Assembly (NCBI GenBank): GCA_039680575.1
Contig: JBDKSP010000057.1
Span: 1-43,511, forward strand
Origin: Armatimonadota bacterium
GTDB lineage: Bacteria; Armatimonadota; UBA5829; DTLH01
Reading direction: 5' to 3'
Length of the DNA stretch: 43,511 bases
Positions 28,337-37,435 of the stretch are shown here, in pieces. The translations under genes were made by a program, and so were the position numbers. The number at the start of each line of letters is the position of its first letter. The first letter of the stretch is position 1. Under the pieces are notes generated by a model. The model did no database searches. It saw only the letters and a program-made list of their open reading frames with translations, and had not been told where the DNA came from.

Positions 28337-29479
28337 TCAGCGAAGCAGAATGCCGATCAGCGTCAGTCCTATCGTGATGAGCCTTCCCTTGTCCATTCCG
28401 TCGGACCGCTCTGGAACATAGATCGTGTCTCCGGCCTGCACCATTACATCCTGTGCTTTACCGTCCGCTATTTTGTTCAGATCGATCTCTATCGATTGAG
28501 TCTTGCCGTCGGAACCGGTCCTAGTCAGTTTCAGCGCCGACATTTTCGCGCGCGCGGATGTTCCTGCAGTCGCGACAGCCTGGGCGACGGTCATCTTTCC
28601 CTTGATAGGAAACTCACCGGAGTTATTGACCGCGCCGAGTATGGTGAACATACCAAGCTGCTCTATAGACGGCACCGTAATCGTGTCGCCGGGTCGAAGC
28701 GGAAGGTCGGAAGAAGGGTCGTTAGCCATAGCCTTGCCGAGGTCTATCTGTACAGTATCGGCCTGTCCTTCATGTTTCAGCTCCGCGTGGAGCATGTCGG
28801 CCTGCTCGGGAATCACACCGCCTGCTGCGGATATCGCCTGACTGACTCTCATACCTTCCCTGATCGAAATAGGCTGTCCCGGCTGTCTCACGGCTCCATA
28901 AACGAACACGACTCCGACTGCAGGGTTCATCTCCGGTACAACAATGACGTCACCATCCTCGAGAGGGATGTTTGCAGCTTCCTGAGTGCCCGCCAGAAAC
29001 CGGTTGAGGTCACACAATACCGGCTCGGTAGACCCGCGCCTGGTGACGCTTACTCTGGCCAGATCGGCCGTGGTGCTGAACCCACCGGCAAGGCCTAAGA
29101 CCTCCATCAGCCGTGTTCCACTCTGAAGCGTATAGACTCCAGGGGTTTTGACCTGCCCGGAGACTGTAACGGACCTGCGGGCCTTTTCGACGGTTTCGAT
29201 CGTAACATCCGGGTTTTTCAGGAATTTACCCAGCGATTTGGCTACGACTGCCGCCGCCTCTGTCGTCGAAAGACCTGCTACATGGATTCCGCTCGCAAGA
29301 GGAAGCGATATGCAGCCTTCGTTATCGACTACTACCTGCCTGGAGTGGTCCGGCTCGCCGAGAACGGTTATCCCTAGAGTATCACCAGGGCTTATGGTGT
29401 TTTGCTCAACCGCTTGTGCGTGACCTGCGCCGATAACCAGCATAACTACTGCGAGAAATATAAGGAATTTCACGGACAT
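28337..29479 (-). CDS. Polysaccharide export protein (Poly_export plus three SLBB domains, Wza-like)
   Basis: Signal peptide, ISPGDTLGITV, GCISLPL, repeated G.V..PG..A...AGG..GD.I.VP; AGGAGG RBS. Confidence 0.92.
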   Translation of the reverse strand: MSVKFLIFLAVVMLVIGAGHAQAVEQNTISPGDTLGITVLGEPDHSRQVVVDNEGCISLPLASGIHVAGLSTTEAAAVVAKSLGKFLKNPDVTIETVEKARRSVTVSGQVKTPGVYTLQSGTRLMEVLGLAGGFSTTADLARVSVTRRGSTEPVLCDLNRFLAGTQEAANIPLEDGDVIVVPEMNPAVGVVFVYGAVRQPGQPISIREGMRVSQAISAAGGVIPEQADMLHAELKHEGQADTVQIDLGKAMANDPSSDLPLRPGDTITVPSIEQLGMFTILGAVNNSGEFPIKGKMTVAQAVATAGTSARAKMSALKLTRTGSDGKTQSIEIDLNKIADGKAQDVMVQAGDTIYVPERSDGMDKGRLITIGLTLIGILLR

Positions 29480-29537
29480 GTGGTTCAACCTCCTGTCAAT
29501 CCGGCTAGACACGGGGAATCCTGCTGTCCCATCACAC

Positions 29538-29613
29538 TAACAGGTTTCAGACATGGCTCACATCTGAAACTTTCCGGAAGATTTTTGACCGCACTACAGC
29601 CGAAAATCCATAG
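29538..29613 (-). promoter_or_regulatory. Two-hairpin leader motif, copy B
   Basis: GATTTTCGGC..GGTCAAAAATC-TTCCGG-AGTTTCAGA..TCTGAAACC-TGTTA. Confidence 0.6.
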
Positions 29614-29770
29614 TGACCGCCGAACAGCTTCATTTACAACCTGCAAGGTGAAAAATAGTCCGACAGCCAGTTACTCTTCAGCAAATCTACCCAAGTGGTT
29701 GTATGCTTAAACAGCGAGAGGGAGAAAAGAAGAAAAGGAAGGAGGTATGAGAGATGAGTGGGGGCATACA

Positions 29771-29804
29771 AAAACAAAAAGACCACAACGCTTACGCTGC
29801 GGCC
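29771..29804 (-). terminator. Intrinsic terminator (riboswitch expression platform)
   Basis: GGCCGCAGCG-TAAG-CGTTGTGGTC followed by TTTTTGTTTT. Confidence 0.8.
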
Positions 29805-29821
29805 GCTTGATCGGAAAAAGA

Positions 29822-29942
29822 GCTTCCTTCCGCGCCTGCGAGGTTAGCTGACGGGCTGGGATAGGAAGTAGCCCCTCCTTATAAAGGATTCGCCCCACTT
29901 GTTCGGTTCCCCCGCTTTCCAAAATGGAAATTCGGCGCTTGG
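29822..29942 (-). ncRNA. c-di-AMP (ydaO/yuaA) riboswitch
   Basis: GCGCCGAAT...GGGGGAACC...GGGGCGAATC...CCCGTCAGCTAACCTCGCAGGC hallmark segments. Confidence 0.92.
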
Positions 29943-30023
29943 TTATGCTATTAAATTATTTATTCAGTTTTGTATTCAGTTGTATATTAAATTGTAGCAG
30001 AGGAGTCTGTCCCCTACGTTCTT

Positions 30024-30053
30024 AATATAGCAGAGTTGATGCCCGCTTGTCAA
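30024..30053 (-). promoter_or_regulatory. Sigma70-type promoter for the riboswitch leader
   Basis: TTGACA-N18-TATATT. Confidence 0.6.
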
Positions 30054-30139
30054 CGATTTTTAGAAAAATATCCTAAAAATATTTTTCTACAGCAACCAGT
30101 CAGGAATATAGCGGTTTTTTGAGAGGGAAATCACTATCG

Positions 30140-30168
30140 TTGACTATGGCAAGTAAGCATGATATAAA
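30140..30168 (+). promoter_or_regulatory. Sigma70-type promoter
   Basis: TTGACT-N17-TATAAA. Confidence 0.6.
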
Positions 30169-30237
30169 GTAGCGGTGAGCAGATTAGTGGCTGTCACTTA
30201 TACACCGTACGTGATAAATATTACGCAGGAGATATAA

Positions 30238-30945
30238 ATGAACAGAAGAGGGTTCTCCCTCATTGAGTTGCTCGTAGTAATCGCAATTATCGCAGTCCTC
30301 GCAGCTATTCTCTTCCCCGTATTTCAAAGCGCCAGAGAGCACGCCAAGCAGGTGCAGTGCCTTTCCAATTTGAGGCAACTATTTATTGCATTCCAGAACT
30401 ACTATGGAGACAACAACGGCATCATGCCTGCTGTAGGCCATCCTGGAGAGGAAAAACGCAATTGGTGCGGTTGTGAAGGCTCGGATATACCTCGATGCGA
30501 TATTCGTCGAAATTCTCAGATTTACCCCTACATAAAGAATCTCGATGTCTTTCAGTGTCCATCAGATAGAAACCAGAAGGGCAAATATATCTCAGTCCCA
30601 TCGCAGTTTCCGTTGTCTTATACAATGAACGATCAGCTATGCAGGGTCAAAATAGATGCTATGGCATGCAAAAGAGTATCCAGAATGCTTCTTCTGATTC
30701 AGGAAACCAGAGGTAAACCCGGCTCAAGCAGCAAAGCAGGTATCAATGATGGTATTTTCATCCCGTCACCTGAATACACGCGGGATATTCCCAACGATGT
30801 TCATTACGATGGCTCGACCATAGCTTATCTTGATGGACACGCCAGGTGGATGAATTACAGGAATATGATAAAGGAACGCGATAAGGGCTTTTGGGTGCCT
30901 ACTTACAATGCATGGACCGTGTGCAGCCATACAATATCGAAGTAG
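30238..30945 (+). CDS. Prepilin-type N-terminal methylation / H-X9-DG domain protein
   Basis: [45 protein letters not shown]. Confidence 0.93.
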   Translation: MNRRGFSLIELLVVIAIIAVLAAILFPVFQSAREHAKQVQCLSNLRQLFIAFQNYYGDNNGIMPAVGHPGEEKRNWCGCEGSDIPRCDIRRNSQIYPYIKNLDVFQCPSDRNQKGKYISVPSQFPLSYTMNDQLCRVKIDAMACKRVSRMLLLIQETRGKPGSSSKAGINDGIFIPSPEYTRDIPNDVHYDGSTIAYLDGHARWMNYRNMIKERDKGFWVPTYNAWTVCSHTISK

Positions 30946-30947
30946 AA

Positions 30948-32030
30948 CTATAGGTTTTCGTTACTTTTCCTGTTGTACCTTCGCAGAATTTTGTATTGCG
31001 TGTCCCTTTGAGCCGCATCGAACCCCGCGCCATGGATCAGTTCTATAAGCTGTTCTTCTGAAAGCCTGAAGCGGCATCCGGCGGCAGCCACTACATTTTC
31101 TTCAATCATCGTGCTGCCGATATCGTTCGCGCCGAACCTGAGCGCAATTTGCGCAACTGCATCGCCCTGAGTGACCCATGACGCCTGGATATTCGGGATA
31201 TTATCCAGAACTAGCCTGGAGATCGCTAAAGCACGGAGATAATCGTGCCCGCCGACAGTATTCCCGCCGAGTATGGTATTTCCGGGCTGATATGTCCATG
31301 GGATGAATGCAGTGAACACCCCCGTGCGGTCCTGAAGGCCGCGTATTGTCATCAAATGCTCTACCCGGTCCTTCATGCTCTCTATGTGGCCGAAGACCAT
31401 AGTGGCTGTAGCGCGCATGCCGAGCTCAGCTGCCGTCTCCATTACCTCCAGCCACTCCTCCACGCTCGCTTTTCCCGGTGAGACCAGCACGCGGACGGAA
31501 TTGACGAGTATTTCGGCTCCGCCGCCGGGAAGGGAATCGAGACCTGCATCTTTAAGGCGGGAAAGCGTGGTCTTGATGTCCAGCCCGGACGTATCGGCAA
31601 TATGAACCACCTCGGGCGCCGAAAGCGAGTGGATCTGCACGGAATATTTGGCCTTGATCGCGCGGAAAAGGTCCTCATAAAACTCGATCTTGAGCCCCGG
31701 ATGGAGCCCTCCCTGCATCAAGAGTTCTGTCGCGCCGAGCTCGACGGCCTCACTGACCTTTTCAAGCACCTCTTCAGTCGAAAGCACATACCCTTCCGGG
31801 TGCCCCGGCGGGCGGAAGAATGCGCAGAACTTGCAGCCTGAAACGCAGATATTGGTGAAGTTGATGTTTCGGTCTATGACATACGTGCGCGCCGGCTCCG
31901 GGTGCAGCTTATCGCAAAGCGCGCTTGCGGCGACTCCCAGGTCCGACAGACCGGCATACTCGAAAAGTCCGAGCGCTTCTTCTCTCGTAATTCGATGACC
32001 ATCGGCGACGATATCCATTATTTCGATCAA
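30948..32030 (-). CDS. mqnC: Cyclic dehypoxanthine futalosine synthase
   Basis: DRNINFTNICVSGCKFC, LMQGGLHP, QASWVTQG, EENVVAAAG. Confidence 0.92.
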   Translation of the reverse strand: MIEIMDIVADGHRITREEALGLFEYAGLSDLGVAASALCDKLHPEPARTYVIDRNINFTNICVSGCKFCAFFRPPGHPEGYVLSTEEVLEKVSEAVELGATELLMQGGLHPGLKIEFYEDLFRAIKAKYSVQIHSLSAPEVVHIADTSGLDIKTTLSRLKDAGLDSLPGGGAEILVNSVRVLVSPGKASVEEWLEVMETAAELGMRATATMVFGHIESMKDRVEHLMTIRGLQDRTGVFTAFIPWTYQPGNTILGGNTVGGHDYLRALAISRLVLDNIPNIQASWVTQGDAVAQIALRFGANDIGSTMIEENVVAAAGCRFRLSEEQLIELIHGAGFDAAQRDTQYKILRRYNRKSNENL

Positions 32031-32035
32031 TATTC

Positions 32036-33250
32036 CTACTCCTCGACCACATTCACTTCCGGCTGAAAGCCGATCAACCCATGCTCAAAAGCTTTTTGTC
32101 CGAATATTCTTAGCGACTCTATCTCCCGCTGCCCCAGATCATAGCGTATTACCTTCGCCAGGTATTCCTCGCAGAGTTTATGCGGCAGCCCCAGTATCGG
32201 GGCTTGCTCTTCTGCGATTTTGGGGGTGCGCTTTAGCCCTTCCTCCTTAGCCGAGGCGAGGACAGCGATGAGTTCCGGTGTAATCGACTCCTTCGGCCCG
32301 GCCCAGGTCGCGAATACTGCAGGAAGCCCGGTAAGATTCAGCCATTCCTCTCCGAGATCAAGTATATTCAACCCTGTCTTATCGCAAAGCATCGCAGGGT
32401 CGCCGATAATAAGCGCCGCATCGCACATCGAGAGCATCTTTTCCAGCTTCGGTTCGCAGTCGACATATTCCGGCTCCAGTCCATAGTTCTCTGAGAGGAC
32501 TATCCGAAGGAGCGCCCGTCCGGAAAGCGAACTCGTATCGGCTGCGACGGTTTTTACATCCTTAAGCTCCACTTTCGAAAGCATGAGCACGCTCGTTACC
32601 GGGCCATCTGACGAGATACAGATCCCCGGCACAATGGCAAAATTCGGATTTGAAAGAGACGCGAAGCTGGATACCGGCGCTGCGGCGATCCGGCCTTCGG
32701 CAAGCATCCGCGCAAGCCGAGAAGGAGGCGCATATACCAGTTCCCACCCATCCGGCAGCCGGCCATGCTCGAACGGATAGACCAGAGGCTTAACGTTCAG
32801 ATATGGTAGACAGCCAAGCTTGGGGGATTGGCGGAGACTCGTGCTCCGGGGCGAATTATGGTCCAACCTCGACACCTGCGGTGTCGGCTTCGGCAGCAAG
32901 CAGTCCGAAGCAAGGGAAAGAGATTGGTGTATGTCGTGCTTCGGGATGGACTGCGATCCCGAAGCATAATAAGAGATAGACAGCAAGGGGCATGGATGCC
33001 CTGGAGAATGTGGACCGGGGCATGGATCCCCCGGTCCATCAGCCACAACATCATTCCGAGCTTGACTCGGAATCCAGGAAAAGAATGGACCCTGAATCAA
33101 GTTCAGGGTGACGTCTTTGTTGTTCAGGGTAACGTGGTTGTTGTTCAGAGTGACATCTATGTCGTTCAGGATGATGTATTTGTCGTTCAGAGCGATGTCT
33201 TTGCTGATAGCTGACGGCTGACGGCTGATTGCTTTTTTCTGTTCCCTCAT
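32036..33250 (-). CDS. mqnA: Chorismate dehydratase with a repeat-derived N-terminal extension (start uncertain)
   Basis: Core from about 32825: LPYLNVKPL, GPVTSV, AALIIGDPA, DLGEEW..TGLPAVFA. Confidence 0.88.
   Translation of the reverse strand: MREQKKAISRQPSAISKDIALNDKYIILNDIDVTLNNNHVTLNNKDVTLNLIQGPFFSWIPSQARNDVVADGPGDPCPGPHSPGHPCPLLSISYYASGSQSIPKHDIHQSLSLASDCLLPKPTPQVSRLDHNSPRSTSLRQSPKLGCLPYLNVKPLVYPFEHGRLPDGWELVYAPPSRLARMLAEGRIAAAPVSSFASLSNPNFAIVPGICISSDGPVTSVLMLSKVELKDVKTVAADTSSLSGRALLRIVLSENYGLEPEYVDCEPKLEKMLSMCDAALIIGDPAMLCDKTGLNILDLGEEWLNLTGLPAVFATWAGPKESITPELIAVLASAKEEGLKRTPKIAEEQAPILGLPHKLCEEYLAKVIRYDLGQREIESLRIFGQKAFEHGLIGFQPEVNVVEE
33101..33205. repeat. Degenerate tandem repeat, 5 x 21 bp
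   Basis: GTTCAG-initiated units at 33101, 33122, 33143, 33164 and 33185. Confidence 0.85.
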
Positions 33251-34341
33251 CTGACCACCTCGTTATAAACGGTGTCGCGCTCGACTGGGATGGTGCCGGT
33301 CTCTTCGATCATCCGGCGGATTTCTTCGACGGTTCGGCTCTCGGGAGTCTCGGCCCCGGCCCTGTGGGTGATCTTCTCCTCCACCACTGTACCATCCACG
33401 TCATCCGCGCCGAATGAGATGGCGATCTGAGCGAGCTTTAAGCCCAGCATGATCCAAAACGCCTTGACATGCGGGAAGTTATCGAGCATCAACCTGCCTA
33501 CCGCCACTACTTTGAGGTCGTCCATCCCGGAGCGCGGGCGGGCGAGGTACGCAAGGTTAGTGTTCTCGTGATGGAACCGAAGCGGGATGAAGCTCATGAA
33601 CCCTCCGGTCTCATCCTGAAGCTCTCTTAGCTTAATCATGTGGTCGACCCGCTCTTCGGAGGTCTCGATGTGGCCGTAGAGCATCGTCGCGTTCGACTTC
33701 ACGCCCTCTTTGTGCGCCGCGCGCATCACGGAGAGCCATTTTTTACCGGACATCTTCTCCGGGCAGACCATTTCCCGCACTCTGGGAGAGAAAACCTCCG
33801 CTCCACCGCCCGGGAGGGACCCCAACCCTGCGGCTTTCAGCCTTTTCAGGCATTCTTCGACGGTAAACCCTCCGATTTCGGCAATATGGGCAATCTCGAC
33901 CGCTGTAAACGCCTGAAGATGGACACCGGGGAAGCGGTCTCTTAAGGTCGAGAGCATTCCGGTGTAATAGTCGAACGGCATAGTGGGGTGCAGCCCGCCG
34001 ACAAGGTGAAGCTCCGTAAATTTGAGATCGGAGTAGTATTCCTCGGCGCGCGCGAGGATCTCTTCTATGCTCATCGTGTAGGCGCCGTCTTCTCCCTCGC
34101 TTCTGGAGTAGGCGCAGAACTTGCAGCGGTTCTTGCAGACATCGGTATGGTTGATGTGCCGGTTGACGATATAGTAGGTCTTATTGCCGTTTATTCTTCT
34201 TCGGACAAGGTTCGCCGCCCAGCCAATGGCCGTTATATCGTTGCTTTCAAATAACCTGACTCCGTCATCGAACGAAAGCCGCTCACCGGCCTCGACTTTT
34301 TCGATTATATCCGCAATATCCAATTTTGTTAGCTGATTCAT
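33247..34341 (-). CDS. mqnE: Aminofutalosine synthase (radical SAM)
   Basis: NRHINHTDVCKNRCKFC, ELHLVGGLHP, AFTAVEI, HVKAFWIM. Confidence 0.92.
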   Translation of the reverse strand: MNQLTKLDIADIIEKVEAGERLSFDDGVRLFESNDITAIGWAANLVRRRINGNKTYYIVNRHINHTDVCKNRCKFCAYSRSEGEDGAYTMSIEEILARAEEYYSDLKFTELHLVGGLHPTMPFDYYTGMLSTLRDRFPGVHLQAFTAVEIAHIAEIGGFTVEECLKRLKAAGLGSLPGGGAEVFSPRVREMVCPEKMSGKKWLSVMRAAHKEGVKSNATMLYGHIETSEERVDHMIKLRELQDETGGFMSFIPLRFHHENTNLAYLARPRSGMDDLKVVAVGRLMLDNFPHVKAFWIMLGLKLAQIAISFGADDVDGTVVEEKITHRAGAETPESRTVEEIRRMIEETGTIPVERDTVYNEVVR

Positions 34342-34370
34342 GTTTTCTGTATCTTGATCCTATTATTCAA

Positions 34371-34997
34371 TTATTTCGGTATGGTAAAGAGCAATATTAC
34401 AATCACCAGGCCGTAGCAGATCGCATTCGCAGTCCAGGCCCATGCTTCGGCAGGATCACCGTTTACCGAGCCGTCTTCGTCCCATGCAGGTCTTTTTTCA
34501 ACACCTTTCCTTGCTGCCCTCTTGTCCCACCATGTGGCAGCAACGCCGGACACGGCGAGAAGTATCGCAAGTGCCACATTAACTTGCCAATCCGGGACGA
34601 GCTCCCCTTCAATCGGGACAAATGCCACACAACATAGCACCGGAATCCGAAACGACATTGCGACTATACTGAGCGCGACAGCAACAAGCGGTACTCCGAC
34701 AAGTGTAGACACAGCCGATGCTTTAAGCGCCAGGAGAAAGCTGCTTCCCCAGCCGGTTTTTATTATAAGCCTCGCGGCAAGAACCTTGACCAGAAGGAAT
34801 ACCAAAAACAAAGCCCCCAAAGCCACCGCCCCGGGAACGATGAGCAATATGGGCAGAGCAGCACCCGCTGTTGCATGCGCCGGAGCACACAAAAGAGTGA
34901 TAAAAAGCGAAATTGCCAGCACGAGCTGCCAATTGTTTCGAGTCATTTGTCTAGTCTCTCTTTTATGCTGAAATATCTCTTTAAACCAGATAATCAT
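34371..34997 (-). CDS. Hypothetical multi-pass membrane protein (start possibly 34946)
   Basis: Several hydrophobic segments; co-oriented within the mqn operon. Confidence 0.7.
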   Translation of the reverse strand: MIIWFKEIFQHKRETRQMTRNNWQLVLAISLFITLLCAPAHATAGAALPILLIVPGAVALGALFLVFLLVKVLAARLIIKTGWGSSFLLALKASAVSTLVGVPLVAVALSIVAMSFRIPVLCCVAFVPIEGELVPDWQVNVALAILLAVSGVAATWWDKRAARKGVEKRPAWDEDGSVNGDPAEAWAWTANAICYGLVIVILLFTIPK

Positions 34998-35047
34998 ACT
35001 CTTCTATACGCATGGAAGCCAGTTATCGTCTCATGAATACATCCAGC

Positions 35048-35088
35048 AGCGCAAATATAAAGAAAGAAATGCTCACGCAGCCGTTCAT
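35048..35088. repeat. 41-bp direct repeat of the ubiA/mqnP 3' end (other copy 36564-36604)
   Basis: AGCGCAAATATAAAGAAAGAAATGCTCACGCAGCCGTTCAT is identical in both places. Confidence 0.95.
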
Positions 35089-35113
35089 TCGCGTTTGTTT
35101 GCCTGCATGCCGG

Positions 35114-36514
35114 CTACTTATCCAGCGCCGAGAGCAGCTCTTGCGGGACTTCAACCCATTGAGGAACCCCGGCGGTACGGAGCCGCCGAACGATTGCCAG
35201 CAACAGACGCACGTAATCCGCTTCCGGCAGCATTACAGGAATTGTTATTCTTTTGTGCTTCTTATTACTGCCAATATACAGGAATACTCCTGCAGGAACT
35301 CTCAGCCAACAGGCTGCAGTCACATCCGAAAACGCGATAGTTTTCAACTTGCCGTTCTTATCGACGCTGATTTGATCATTCCGCAGCTCTATTGATTTGA
35401 TATTGAATCCCGCAGGTGCATCCACGGGTTTCCAGTCCATCTCTTTAGGCACGCTCTTCGGGATTTCATTCCACAGAGACCTTACCGATTCAGTGATATG
35501 GACATTGTACGCCTTTCCATACTGACGAAGATACTGCCAGATCGAAGCAGCAAGACCGAGATTGAGCGTTGCAGTGCCCGACATAGAGAAAACTTTGCCT
35601 TTATGCTTCAGTGTAAGTCTCGGTTTTCCACCAGGGCTCTGTGCTATCCAGGCATCTTCAACATCGGACCATGGAATGAAACTCTTTGACAGAGCTCTTT
35701 TCACTGTCAGCCCAAAGCTGTCGGACCTTATATACTGTTCTTCCAAAAGAATACGTTTTACGAAATTGATGTAGAAAAGAATGAGCGCGGTTGCCAGTAC
35801 TGCAGAGCCGATATTACCTATCAAGGTGTGAGGTAAGTGCCATAGGCAGTACAGCCACCCAATGAACATGCCTCCCGTTAGCAAAACAAATACCAGACTC
35901 AGAAATCCTGACATTTCTCCATGTGAGCCGTGCGCATCGACAACTTCAAGCTCCGGCAGGTAAACCGGATTATTTCGGTCTACCTGTGACGAAGCCCGAA
36001 TTCTTTCATCGCAGGCTACATTGTGACGCCAAAGATGGTATTTAATAGATGCTTCGAGTGCTGCATGCTCCATTACACTGGATGAGACGGAAAATATGCC
36101 ATGCTGCGTTTTGAACCTGTAGTACAGGCTACCAAAGCGCGATTTAGCGAGCGATGCTTCACGTATATCACTCCAGAGGACGCGCCGTTTGGTGAAAACC
36201 TTGTGGACAGTCAATCCTCCAGAGTCAGTCTGCCAATAGTTCTCAGCATAGAAAAGCCGACGTACTACCCATGTATCGAAGAAAGCAGCAAACACGACAA
36301 TCACAACAAGCAAGCAGCCATCGCCAAAGCTGCATGTGTTGGTAACTAATACGACCAGAGGTGCAATCACTAAAAATGGCGTAAATAACAATGCGAAAAG
36401 CAGAAATATAGACGCAAAAAGAGCGCTGATACAACGATTACTCTTGTTGCCCGCTTCGACTTCCTCTAAATCAGGTTGCTCAGAGCTTTTGCACTGCGTA
36501 TCTTCGTTATTCAT
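35114..36514 (-). CDS. Membrane protein with repeated bacterial PH-like domains
   Basis: TM pair plus GLTV..W.D[IV] unit twice, and a third degenerate unit. Confidence 0.7.
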   Translation of the reverse strand: MNNEDTQCKSSEQPDLEEVEAGNKSNRCISALFASIFLLFALLFTPFLVIAPLVVLVTNTCSFGDGCLLVVIVVFAAFFDTWVVRRLFYAENYWQTDSGGLTVHKVFTKRRVLWSDIREASLAKSRFGSLYYRFKTQHGIFSVSSSVMEHAALEASIKYHLWRHNVACDERIRASSQVDRNNPVYLPELEVVDAHGSHGEMSGFLSLVFVLLTGGMFIGWLYCLWHLPHTLIGNIGSAVLATALILFYINFVKRILLEEQYIRSDSFGLTVKRALSKSFIPWSDVEDAWIAQSPGGKPRLTLKHKGKVFSMSGTATLNLGLAASIWQYLRQYGKAYNVHITESVRSLWNEIPKSVPKEMDWKPVDAPAGFNIKSIELRNDQISVDKNGKLKTIAFSDVTAACWLRVPAGVFLYIGSNKKHKRITIPVMLPEADYVRLLLAIVRRLRTAGVPQWVEVPQELLSALDK

Positions 36515-36538
36515 CCGTTTTCATCCTCGACTAATGCA

Positions 36539-37435
36539 TCATCTGCGCACCAGCACGTCCGCTAGCGCAAATATAAAGAAAGAAATGCTCACGCAGCCGT
36601 TCATCGTAAAAAATGCGGCGTTGACTCTCGAAAGATCGGCCGGTGAAACGATGGAGTGCTCGTATATGATAAAGAGTGAGATTACCGCGAGTCCGATGTA
36701 GAAAATCGTCCCCATCCCGCACGCCAGACCGAACCAGACGAGGAGCCCCATCATAATGGCGTGCATCAACCGGCTGACAAGAAGCGCGCGGGACTCGCCC
36801 AGCGCCTTCGGAAGCGAAAATAGCCCCATCTTGCAGTCGAACTCCACGTCCTGAAGCGAATAGATCACGTCGAACCCGGCTGTCCAGAGCATAACGCAGG
36901 CAGCGAGGATCATCGGCTGGAGCTCGAGCTTTCCCGTAACAGCAATCCATGCCCCGACCGGAGCTATACCGAGCGAAAGCCCAAGGACGAGATGCGACCA
37001 GGACGTAAACCTCTTCGTATAAGAGTATCCGAGGATAACCACCAGCGCGACCGGCGAAAGGAGAAGCGCAAGCCTGTTCAGCATCCCCGCCGCGAGGACG
37101 AAAACGGCAATCGCCGCGAGGGTGAACGCCCACGCCTCAGTGACGGAGATTACACCTTTCGGAATTGCCCGCCCGGCGGTCCTGGGGTTTTTGGCATCGA
37201 ACTTGAGGTCGGCGATCCGGTTGAACGCCATCGCCGCGCTCCTCGCTCCAACCATAGCAGCAAGTATCCACCCAAGCGTCCGCCATACCGGAATCCCGCT
37301 TGCGGCGACCACGGCGGATGTCAGCGCAAACGGCAGGGCGAACACCGTATGCTCGAACTTGATCATCTCCAGGATGATGCCGAGCTTACGAAGGAAAGAG
37401 CTCGATTGCTTCTTGCTGCTTTCTACTCCTGCCAT
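36539..37435 (-). CDS. ubiA: UbiA-family prenyltransferase (MqnP-like)
   Basis: IKFEHTVFALPFA, NRIADLKFDAKNPRT, YSYTKRF, FDVIYSLQD. Confidence 0.93.
   Translation of the reverse strand: MAGVESSKKQSSSFLRKLGIILEMIKFEHTVFALPFALTSAVVAASGIPVWRTLGWILAAMVGARSAAMAFNRIADLKFDAKNPRTAGRAIPKGVISVTEAWAFTLAAIAVFVLAAGMLNRLALLLSPVALVVILGYSYTKRFTSWSHLVLGLSLGIAPVGAWIAVTGKLELQPMILAACVMLWTAGFDVIYSLQDVEFDCKMGLFSLPKALGESRALLVSRLMHAIMMGLLVWFGLACGMGTIFYIGLAVISLFIIYEHSIVSPADLSRVNAAFFTMNGCVSISFFIFALADVLVRR

Noticed and set aside
33101..33205. Possible mini-CRISPR
   Set aside because: The 21-bp period is too short and units are degenerate copies of each other
30948..34341. CofH/F420 synthesis assignment for the two radical SAM genes
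   Set aside because: Motifs and the context with mqnA, ubiA, ubiX and ubiD indicate MqnC and MqnE
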